Assembly (NCBI GenBank): GCA_051362555.1
Contig: CM120640.1
Coordinates: forward strand, 1,178,001 to 1,242,000
Direction of reading: 5' to 3'
Length of the DNA stretch: 64,000 nucleotides
From: Lingula anatina
Lineage: Eukaryota > Animalia > Brachiopoda
Below are positions 9,804 through 20,898 of the stretch, in pieces (position 1 is the first letter of the stretch; each line of letters opens with the position of its first letter). The position numbers and the translations under genes are program-made. Below the pieces are notes generated by a model. It made no database searches. It was not told the origin of the DNA and was given only the letters and a program-made list of their open reading frames with translations.

Positions 9804-12800
9804 ATGGCAGAGAATAAAGGAGAAGGAGACATGGCGGACAATCTAGCCACACAGGCCAGTGCAGACCAGGCAACAACTGCCAGTGCTAAGCTGAAGATAC
9901 AGCAACAACTACAACAACAGCAAGAACAACAGCAGCAGCCTGCGACAGCCAGTGGGTCTACAGGTTAGCACTGGACTATACTGGGCTTTAAAGTTGATGA
10001 TAACGTCTTGAAAGTAATATGAAAAACATTGAAAAGGCAGGTGCTCTGTCATTCTGCCTCTGCTCTCTCCCCCCAAGAAAGTTCACCATTATGTATGATA
10101 TCAAAAGTGAATTTACCCATTGCCATGTATTGTTGGTTGAAAGACCAGTGGGTATGTACATTTTTTGATAAAATTTTTATTGCTCCTTGCTGACGTGTAC
10201 CCATTTCTCTCCCACTCTCCCCCCCCCCCAAAAAAAAAATTTTTTTTTAAATTATGATCTGCACCAATCACATAAAAATACATTGATTTCAGTCATAGCA
10301 GCTGAGAACATCACACTACAGAGCTTGTTGAACAGCGTAGCTCCCAACTCTTCAATAGAGGGCAGCACCATACGTGTGATCCAAGTCAGTAACCCAGGAG
10401 ACCTGGACACCCTGGGGGATAAAGTGTGGCAGGTGATCCCCTCCTCCAGTAATGGGGAGATCTCAATTATTGCTGTCAGCCCCAATGAAGGTAAAGCATA
10501 TAGAAACTTTTGTTAAAAGACGAGTTCAAGCATTTTTAAAGAAAATGTTTGAATCATGTTCATCATGTGTGAGTTTCGGTCTTATTATTATTTTTTTTTT
10601 TTTGTTTTTATATTTATTTCTTTGATTACAGGAGATATAAAAAAAAAGTTAACTAATAACTTGACTTAAATAATTTTGACATTAAAAAAATTAATTTTTT
10701 TCAAAATGTTTTTGCTATGTAAAAATAGGGAAAAGTAATATGAAAATAACTGGGTGCTGTTATGAGGTGAACCCTATTTTGATAATCTAACATAACCATT
10801 GAATCTGTAGGTCAAGGTGGAGGGGACACAGACATCTCAGCACACTTCCCTGAAGGTTTACCTGTGATCATCCCAGCACCCAGACCCTCAGTGCCACCCC
10901 CGCCCAGGAAAGCACCCCCACCTGGCTGCCCCCCCTGGGCACTGAGGCTCAATGATTGTGAGGTAGAGAACGATTTACCTCTAGTGTTGTGTAAAGATTT
11001 CTTCTTTATTTAATTATTTTGATATTTATTTTTTATTTTCATTTATTTTTAACATTTTTCCTGAAAGTAGGTCTCAATCTCAAGCTGCTGGTTGCAGTGT
11101 CATATTGGAATTTCATCATCATTATTTTTTTGTATTAAATTTTTAAAACTCTAGTGTCAATAAAAAAATTATGATTACCAGGTCAGTCCTTTTCTTTACA
11201 ATTTTCTTTCTTTCATTCTTTTTTCATGTGGATAGATTTTTAATTGGACAAAAACATGTAACAAACTCATAATTATTATATTTTCAATCCAGACAATAGG
11301 TGATTCCTACAGAGGTTGGGTGGAAAGTGAGGTGGAGTTAGACCTACTGTTAACTTATCACAAACAACAGACCAATAGTTACTGGGGCACACGGCAGTCT
11401 CCTAGCGGCCCCCAGGCTACCAGACTCATGTGGAAGTCTCAGTACGTGCCCTTTGATGGGGTGCCATTTATCAACCAAGGTAATATCTGGTTTAGGGGAT
11501 AATTCTGCGTAAGTCTGCGCCAAAAACTTCTGGCAGTGAAAATGTAAGGTTTAGTTCCTGATAAATGGAAAATTTTTGTTTTGACCAATTAGTTGTAGTT
11601 AACCAATTTGAGTTTTAAAAAGTTGTGTCAGCTCACTGGTAAATCGAGTGCTTGTGAAAAATGAAGGTGGCAGTATTGTGGTACTGTTAGTGTTTTTCTT
11701 ACTGAAGTATTTCTATCAAAAGTCACAGTGATAAATGATTTATGTGTGATGTTGACTTGCAGGCAGCAGGGCTATAGTTATGGAGTGTCAGTTTGGTCCC
11801 AGGAGAAAAGGCAGGCAGAATAACAGCCTCAAAGGACCAGACAGTCAGAAAGAATTCAAACAAACGTGTCCAGCAAGGTATATTTGCAGCCTTTAGAGTT
11901 TGTTTATAATCAGTCTGTCACATCTGGTATATTAGCCATTTGCTTGTTTTGAACAGAGGCAAAGTTCCTGGTGATAGTGAGAAAATTCTATGTTGTTTTT
12001 ATTGCCTTTAGTTATAAGATATGTTCACTGGAAAAAAAAAACTTTAGGGAATTTTCTGGGGTTAGTGATTGTTTGTAATATAGTTGAAGAAGAAATTTTT
12101 AAATGATATTGAGGTGGAATGTTTTTGTAGATTCTATTTTAAAATTTATGTTGTTGCAATAAGACAACAGAATTTGCCTTTTATCCTGTCAGCTTAATTG
12201 AAGATTTTTTTCTCATGATCAAGGTTTATGCATGTCCTCTTTGTAGAATCTACATTAAGAAAGTGAAAAAGTTCCCAGAATTTGCTGTTGATGTCAATCA
12301 AGATAAAAAGACTATGAAACAGATGATGGATAAAACATTCCAAGAACTGAAGAAACGTGGGCGAGATTGGGAGACTTTAGGACATGACAGGTGTGTGTTT
12401 TCCACCACTAAAGAATGGCCTCACTCTAGGAAAACATTTCTTGTAACCAAATCACTCGACTATTGTAGCCATTAAAATTAATATGTTGACCTAGGCAAAA
12501 GTAACATAAGAGCTTCAGTTTACTTATGAGTGTTTTCCTATAGGCAATATAAGTATGTATACCTGGTATTTTGTCTCGTACCCAGATGGTATGTCCAGCT
12601 GCCTACAGACCAGGCCCATGAGTTCCACAGCACATTTGTAGAGCCCAACAATGCCACATTTGGTGAGGTGGAGGAGCCGGGACCCTCCAGGGTTCACCCC
12701 AGGGTGGCACTGAAGATACGGGAACTGGTGGCAGGGGGAATGAGGGAGATTTATCAAGTTAGGAAACAGTTGAGGTAATATGTGTGTGTGTATGTTTTTG

Positions 12801-14961
12801 TGCGTGTGTGTGTGTGTGTTTCTGTGCGTGTGTGTGTCACAAAGGTTTTTTACTTAAATCTTATCTATAGATTACCATGATAAACACTGTTAGTAGTTTC
12901 CTAACTGAACCTTGAAGAAAAACTGGGAGAGGGAGAAAGAAAGAAAGATATTCAGTCTTTGAAACTTTTCATTTTGTTTCCAGAAAATTTGTAGAGAGAG
13001 ACTTATTCACCAGCCCAGATCAAATCCCAGAGAAGCACAACTTGACGTATTTCCCAACTGTCCACGACCTTCAGAATCACTTCCACCAAGCTTTGAAAGA
13101 CATTGAGACAGGGGTCCTACCTGCAGTACATGTGGTAAGTTACCTGTGAGGGGTAAAACCCAGTTTAATAGACATTGAGAGGGGGGTCCTGCCTGCAGTA
13201 CATGTGGTAAGTTACCAGTGTGGAGTATATCCCAGTTTAATAGACAAAGAGATGGGGGTCCTGCCTGCAGTACATGTGGTAAGTTAACAGTGTGGAGTAT
13301 ATCCCAGTTTAATAGACATAGAGATGGGGGTCCTGCCTGCAGTACATGTGGTAAGTTACCAGTGTGGAGTATATCCCAGTTTAATAGACATAGAGATGGG
13401 GGTCCTGCCTGCAGTACATGTGGTAAGTTACCAGTGTGGAGTATATCCCAGTTTAATAGACATAGAAACTGGCAAATGAAGCTAGCATATTAAAAATGCA
13501 AATGCCAGGATGAGATTATGATCAGTATTTTAAGCATCTTTTGTGTATGGACATGAAAATGATCAGACTAATGACAGTATTCTGATTTTCCTTCTGTGTA
13601 AATATCATTACTATAAAATGGTTCAGAAAGTGGTCACATATCTTTGCAAACATTTTGTGCCAGGTTTATCTTAATATGGAAGATGTTGGTATTTTCAGGA
13701 AAATGTGAATGTTGAAGTTGTTACCCAGCAGGCTCAACTTCCACAAGACGGTCTTCAAATAGAGCTGACATCTTGGCCATCAAACAGTACCTCTGACGAC
13801 GCACATGCCGAGACTGTCACAGTGACACTGACGCAGAATCCAGGGGAAGGTATGGAAAAGTATTTATTGTTGAAATATTGTATGTCAGTCAGTCACTGTG
13901 ACGCTGACAAAGAGCAAAGGAATAAGACTGAAAATGTCATCAGCATGAATTTGTCTTAATTTATTGCCCTGGTCTCCAGCTACATTTCCAGGATTATCAG
14001 TTTTGACAACTTATGCCCATGTGATTACTAGTAAGTAGCAGTTGAAGTTTGCTGACAAAAATTCCTGATGCTGTTTAAAAAAACATGAGTGACTGCTGAA
14101 TTAATATAGGTGGCTACTTTAATAGATTAGATATAGGCAGTATTAGTTATAGTTAAAAAAAACAAAATAAGAAACTGTTGTAAAAAAAGAACATGACAGT
14201 TATTGTCTGTCCTCTATTCCAGATGGTCAACATGTGATCTCCAGAGTGGAGACATTAATGAGTGATGGGTCCACCCAGGTCAGCGACTCTCTGACCCCTG
14301 AGACAGCCCAGTTACTGTCCAAACTACACCCCAGCATGTTCCCAGCAGGGAGCTTCCTACAGGTAAACTACACCCCAACTTTTGCTTGGCTACCTTTTAG
14401 AGATAGAAATTTTCCTAACTTTTTTATGTGAAAGAGAGTTTAGAGTGCTGATAGATTTTGCTTGAAAGTTTCAAAGTCAGCTAGGGAAATTTCAGAGGAA
14501 TAGGGTTGTCTTTCTTCTTTTGGGGCATTTTCAATCAAAAGTAAGAGCATCTTAGTATTACGTGTTAGAAGAACAGATGCTGTAGCACAGAATGCAATTA
14601 ATTCTTTTTATTTGAAAAAAATGCAAAGTTATTAAATTTTCTGAATAACTTAAAATAAAGCTGGTGTATTATCTCACAGGTACAGGACACTGCAGGCCAG
14701 AGTGCAGACTCTGATATCAAACAAAGCTGGACTGTTAACAAAGACATTGTCCCAGCCTCAGAGGGGACAGTCACAGAACAAGAACAACAACAACCAGAAG
14801 AAGTGACAGTGATAGAACAGCCCCAGCAGCAAACAGAACAGATCACAGTGGCAGCAGGGGACGGGGCGGGACTGGAAGATGTCACCTATCATATTATAGA
14901 AAACCAGAGAAATGAATATGTACTGGAGGTGGTGCAGCCAGAAGGTACTGACACATCATGA
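9804..14961 (+). CDS. CARF: Calcium-responsive transcription factor (CaRF / ALS2CR8 family), about 622 aa, 11 coding exons
   Basis: Exons 9804-9963, 10293-10490, 10811-10962, 11293-11479, 11763-11877, 12247-12390, 12586-12774, 12984-13134, 13699-13849, 14223-14362, 14680-14961. All are GT-AG and phase-consistent, 1869 nt in total. The translation contains [19 protein letters not shown]...[16 protein letters not shown]...[37 protein letters not shown]...[17 protein letters not shown], characteristic of CaRF. Confidence 0.93.
12780..12838. repeat. (TG)n imperfect microsatellite in CaRF intron
   Basis: Directly visible. Confidence 0.85.
13098..13466 (+). repeat. 72-bp tandem repeat (5 copies plus partial) spanning the CaRF exon 8 / intron junction
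   Basis: Units start at 13098, 13170, 13242, 13314, 13386 and 13458 (partial); each full unit contains ...cctgcagtacatgtg|gtaagtta. Confidence 0.95.
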
Positions 14962-16837
14962 GAATTTTTTCTTTTCTTCGAATAACGTTGTCAATTTTTG
15001 TTTCTGTCAGACATTAGCTTTTTCTGCGGAAAAGCAGAATTCCACGTTTTTTAAAATCCAATTCTGAGATTCGTCTAAGTTAGGTGTTGGGTCCCATGAT
15101 AAATATTCAGAGGTTTTTTTTAAACCTAAGCTCATGTCTGTTGTATGAAATACATTTGATTGAATGATTTGATTGAAGAATGTTTTACATGGCAAAGCTT
15201 TTACTGTTACAAAATATAAAGGTAACAGACCCAGGAGTTGTTTCTATGAACACTTTTTGAGGACCCTAGACTTGTTTACTCTGCAGAGACAATTGAGAAC
15301 CACGTGGTCTCCTGTTTTTAATTTGGTCCACATGTCATTTCAGACCAGACAGAAGAATCCCAGGAGAACACGGGGACAGTGATCACAGAGACAATGGAGA
15401 TCCAGACTTCAGAAGACCAGTGCTAGTAGTGACCTCTATAGGGAGGTGGATTGCCCAGTAACTAGTTTTTTGGTGAGAAGTGGCTTCGTCAGTGACGTCA
15501 ACAAAGTCTGTTATGGCAGTTTGTGGTGACATGAGACAACTGTAGAACTTCCTGGTCATTGTTGACATTTGACATGGGTAACTGGATCAGTGGCCTTGAC
15601 CTAGATCAGCCAGTACTGACCTTTAACCTTTGACCCGGGAGACCAGTGACCCCAGGGTTGTACAACCACATTCTCTGTATGTGATATTTTACTGGCCAGT
15701 GTCTGTCACATGGGATGCCAAGGGTTTCATGTTGAAGATCTGTTGTCTACAAAATTCTTACCAAAGTGACAGAGATTCTTTCTAACTTGTTAGACTGTTA
15801 GGAGTTATGGAAATGTATATACCAGTTATGGAGATGAGAGCTCCTTGATAAGTTTTTCTCTTTTTACTCGTGAACTAACCTACTCAGACAGGGTTTTATA
15901 TTTTTGTGAATAATAATTTCATTGCTGGACCTTGTAGAATTACTCTAGTTAGTTAGTGTACCTCACATAGCACAGTGTTTGTTGGTTTCATTAGGACACC
16001 AGCAAAAACTGCGGGTAGTTCTTTCAAGAGTGTGTTATGACAATTTGTCAGAAACTTCATCATCAGCTGGCCTGATAATACTGTTGTTTGATTTTTATCT
16101 TGGTTTATTTTTCTGGGAGACAATGGTTTTTACAACTCTTTTTAAGAAAGAGACTCACACTGCACTGATTTGCTTGAATATGGTGTTGCACAATTTACAG
16201 TTCGATGCTGCAAATTAAAAAACTAATGTATGGAATTGTTAGTGGTAGTTAAATAATAAATGCACAGAATTTTCTAGTGTTTTAATAAAAAACCAGATTT
16301 TAATAGACCAGCCAGAACAACTTCCTATGGAATGTTTTTGTTTCTTTTTCTTGAAGGCAACTTCATTCCTTCATTTTGTTTTTATGTTGTAATCCTGTTG
16401 TAAGTTGTACTTTGATAAAATGGAATAAAGAAGAAGTTTTCAATGAACTTGTTTGTATTGCAGTTTTGCTTATTTATAAAGGAGTTAAGTTTTCTTTTCT
16501 GAATCTTCTTAAAGATCCACACGTTCTAGTGCCTTCATCTGCAGTGATTTTTTTTTACAAAGCAATTTTTATTTTTATCTAATAATTATTTTGCTCACAC
16601 ATATATAATTCCTAAGCCTGTAGGCTAGATGCAGCTGTCTTTTTCTCCCCATTCTTAAAAAGGTAAAGGGATCAAGTCATAAGGTAGGTGTGGATGCCAA
16701 CTTTTTTGACTGGCTAACATGGCACAAAAGTTGTAAAGGCACTTTAACAAGCAGCATTTAAGAAAACTTGAGGTGAACAGTAATTGTATACAGACTAATG
16801 GCACTCCCAGAGTCCAACTACTTGTAATGATCTTGTT

Positions 16838-17001
16838 CAGGGGTGAATCCAGAGATATTTTCCGACAGTTTTCCAGTTATCTTTGTTGAACCATCCTCCA
16901 TTTTGGACTGTTTTCAGACAAACAATTAGATACCCATCAATGTAAATCCAAAAAATTCTAACCATCTTGTGAAAGACTCAGATGGCTTCTGTCTACCCCT
17001 G
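16838..17001. mobile_element. MITE with CAGGGG TIRs (hAT-like), copy 2, inverted and more diverged
   Basis: caggggtgaatccagagatattttccgacag...tctacccctg; reverse-complement homology to 6464-6631. Confidence 0.7.
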
Positions 17002-18798
17002 TTGTGGCATGCTCTTTGTAAACTAGTAGCCATAACATTACACGGACAAATAAAATTTTTAATTTTAAAAAGTCTAAATTAAAACTCAACAATCTAACAG
17101 TTAAGAAGAATACATTTTATTTAAATTATTTTTTCTCACCTAATTAGTATTTCTTGGGTCAGATAAAAATCATTCAATTCTCTTTCTAGTTTCATAACAA
17201 TAACATTAAATTGTTTCAATTTTACAATTCAGAAAAGTTGACTTATACTTATCAAATCCATGCAAGTCATGACATTCATCTAAATACTGACCTTTGTATT
17301 AGTGAACATAGCACCAGTTTTGAATGCCAGAGAACCAGTTTCTCAAAGCATTCAATTAGATGGCATAGACAAATAAGTAGATAGCAAACTTTGCACCAAA
17401 CACTGAGCAAGATTGAAACTGTTCTAGGAGAAAAGGAATCATTTTTTCAGTCTAGTTTAATTGCACAAATGATCTAAAAAATGATTTAAAATCATTCTTC
17501 CTTAAAACTAGAACCTAGCATTCCTACAATCTGGAAATTACTGCATGCAGTTAAATTTTTCAATTTATTTCAGACAATTTTTCATGAAAAAATGTAGTTG
17601 CACTAACCCACTGTTTTATGTACATTTATATACAAGGATAATAGCTGCACTGATTATATATACATCCCATGATAAGTTCTTCACCAGCTGGAACATGAAT
17701 TTTTAAATATTAATAACATTGCCCAACATATCTACTTTCAACATGCAGATTACTTAACACTGAATATCTTGACACTGAACTTCAAGAGTTATGAACAAAT
17801 TAGTAAAAAAGCACCAATATACCACAACCAGTGAATTAAAATTCACAGAAAAAAATAACCCATTACAATGCAACTTAGCTAAATCTAATACTGAATACTA
17901 ATTCTGTATAGTTTTATGTCAAGGAAGACAATGAGAGATATGACATCCTAAATGACATTTGTGACACGGAATGTTTTCCTAATCTGTCTGTGCGCAATAC
18001 ATAAAAAATCCACGTCTCATTTTTCCACTGAAAAATAATCACCGTGACCCATTTAACAAGCCTTAAAGCATGGCCAAAACTGAATAAGTTTAATAGGATG
18101 TGACACTGATAAGTTCCAAGTTAACCAACTTGAAGGCACAAGGTTTTATGTCTAAAGAATATATCTACATATCACAATGTAATGTGAAGCAACTAACCTT
18201 GATCTCTACTTCATCAAGGAAAGCATTAAAATTTTCTAGCTACTTACAACATTGTTTTTTTCCTTTAAAATAAACATTTTCCATTAAAAGTCTAAATCAA
18301 TAATGTTGTCTTTTAGTCACCTCTCTTACTGTTGATGTGTAATCAATCAGGGATAACAACAACACAAGGTGTTTCTCTTAATTACTGGAGGAATTACTAT
18401 CATTTCACAAAGAAGAGATCTACAACAATATTATGGAAACATCAGGGAAATGTGACAGTAGTTTTCAGAATGCAACATTGACAAATGCTTGTCACCCGCC
18501 AATGTAGCCAATTCAACAGAGGGAAATGTACAATGATCTTACAACCTGTCTGGAAACACTAAGTCCTGACATAGTGTGGCTCCAGAGATAAATGCAGCTT
18601 GACACAATGATATTCCTTCCCTGTTGCAAATTATTCAAAATATTACATTTATTGCACTAAAATATTGGTATTGTATATGTGCCACATGATTACTTGACCA
18701 TCTTTAAATGATGAAAGGACTACATTCACAATTCTTGTTACTACCTCAACATGTAAACATAGTAATTGGCTAAGTAAAGAAACATTCCCTTGTTGTCA

Positions 18799-18910
18799 TC
18801 ATAGCAGCCCAAACATACAGGCTATCAGCAGAGCATGGAGCAGTATCACGTATAACAGGGCTATGTTCCTCATGCGAGGATACATCCTCAGTCTTCGGCT
18901 CAGGTAGACA
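18799..18910 (-). CDS. GOLGB1: Golgin terminal exon: C-terminal transmembrane anchor
   Basis: Acceptor gtttcag, phase 2; (S)VYLSRRLRMYPRMRNIALLYVILLHALLIACMFGLL-TGA. Not the frame shown in the ORF track. Confidence 0.88.
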
Positions 18911-20865
18911 CTGAAACGAGGAGGTAATGAGGATTGAGTAAAAGGAACAAAAGAATGCACTCACACTAGTGTGCAATAAGAAGAGACAAGTGAGGTCTCC
19001 TTTCACACATGCAAACATGCACACACATGCACACAATTTACAAGAAGAATTGTTACAGCTTATACTTAGAGCTAAAATTTTTCCATAAAGCCACAGAACT
19101 TTACCTTTGTCTATTAAACCAGCGCTGTAGTCTCTTACATGTCCCCAAAGCTCTTCTCGCTGGAAGTAAATCATTAATCAATGAAATAAACTTGTTAAAC
19201 CTGCATAGCAACAAATATAATATTTAAACAACACAAACTGTCATCAATAATCAAATATATCATTATTACTAAAATAACTTTATAAAGTATCAAGTGTTTA
19301 AAATGGTAAATTTATGCACATAATAATGTCTATTCCTTGTACTGCCATCACCTATCAATATGCATTTATTATATATAATTTATAATAATAAATATTACAA
19401 TGTATCAAAAATATCTAACTTACTTATATTTGGTGTCCTGGTGTCCAGAATTCTGCCATATTCATCCACCTCAGGTTCCATGTCTTGACTGAATGTGAAC
19501 TGAAAACATAATATACAACAGCTGTATTCAGTCTGCAGTGTAAAACACTCATAAGATATTGGTGGTATTGTCAGTCTCAAGGCCTGGACTTAGCTAAGAC
19601 TGCTATATTTGGAAAGTCAACTATGCTCAGCCCACTTCGTCATTAGTCGAAGTGAATTTTCATTTATCTTCTTTGTAAAATGAAACTTGGTTGACTAAAA
19701 AAATTAATTATTGGCAGACTTTCCGAGACTAATCATTTCATGAAATAGGACCCAGAACAGGGCCAAAGTACAACACTCTTTCTTGCCTTTTTCTTGGGCA
19801 CCCTGATTATAACCTACCTCTCTGGTGTACCCTAGCTGTTCCTGTTGGAGGTCCAGTTGTTGCTGAGCCTGGCTGAGCTGTTCCTCCAGTTCCATCCTCC
19901 TCTCCATCTCCTCCTGCAGGTGCTTGCTGAGAGCCTCTCTGGCCTGCTCCATGGACAGCTTCTCATGCTCTGCATCCTCAAGTCTGGAAGTTGATTACTT
20001 ATCATAATATGTTTTTCTTTGAGGATAAACTATGGTTTTGTCAAATCTATTCACATTAAAATTTGAATTCTGCAGCTATACTTACAATAATATTTTCAAT
20101 AAACAAATAAATAAAAGGGAAGAACATACCTCACTACTTTTACTGAAACACTGAAATTTTCTTTTTAAAGATATTATGGAGACCTGCCTGTGCTATCGAT
20201 TCCAGTTCATACCAACATAAAAAATATGTGCATCTTTCTTAAAAACATTAAAAACTTTAACTAATGACAACTCCACAGCCGAACCCTGATAAAAATAAGT
20301 GCAGTTTAATTTCCCATGCAGTTAGTGTGTTAGAAAAAACTCACGTCTCAGTCACAACTCTTGAACCGTCCACCACACTCTCTCTAAAAACCAGAAAAAT
20401 GACCCAGGTGACAATATACATGACCAAAACTTGACCACAAGGCAACATTTTTAAAAGTGAAGTGACTGAATGATAGATTGATTCCATATTTCCTCTCATT
20501 TCATAAATAAATAAATAAATACATAAATAAATAAATAATTTGGATTCAAATCAATTTTGAATTGTAATACATTCTACATCTAAATGCATTCTAAGATCAA
20601 AATTAATTTCAGTTGTCTTTCATTGGAGTTACCGGGCCATGTTTCTGTATACATCAAGAAACAAAATCATAACCAAATAATGATCTGCAACAGCAATGAA
20701 GCTTACACATCTTTTCCTATTCCTCTGAAGCGTATGTCCATTCAGGAGAGGAAAGAAGAAGTTTGTTACGACTTTTATTATAGTAATCACTGTCGCAAGG
20801 ATGTGTGAAACCACTTACTCAAACAATGGCACTGTCCAATCATTGCAAATTGCATGCACACCTAC

Positions 20866-20898
<33 letters not shown>

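Noticed and set aside
13098-13466. CRISPR-like regular repeat
   Set aside because: Units are contiguous with no unique spacers, there are no cas genes, and the context is a eukaryotic intron.
13218-13493. ORF with repeated CSTCGK (CxxC) motifs resembling zinc fingers
   Set aside because: It is a translation of the intronic 72-bp tandem repeat in a different frame from CaRF, lacks an ATG start and lacks the paired His/Cys ligands.
18770-19174. 134-aa minus-strand ORF as the golgin C-terminus
   Set aside because: Wrong frame; it spans an intron, and the spliced frame gives the recognisable TM anchor.
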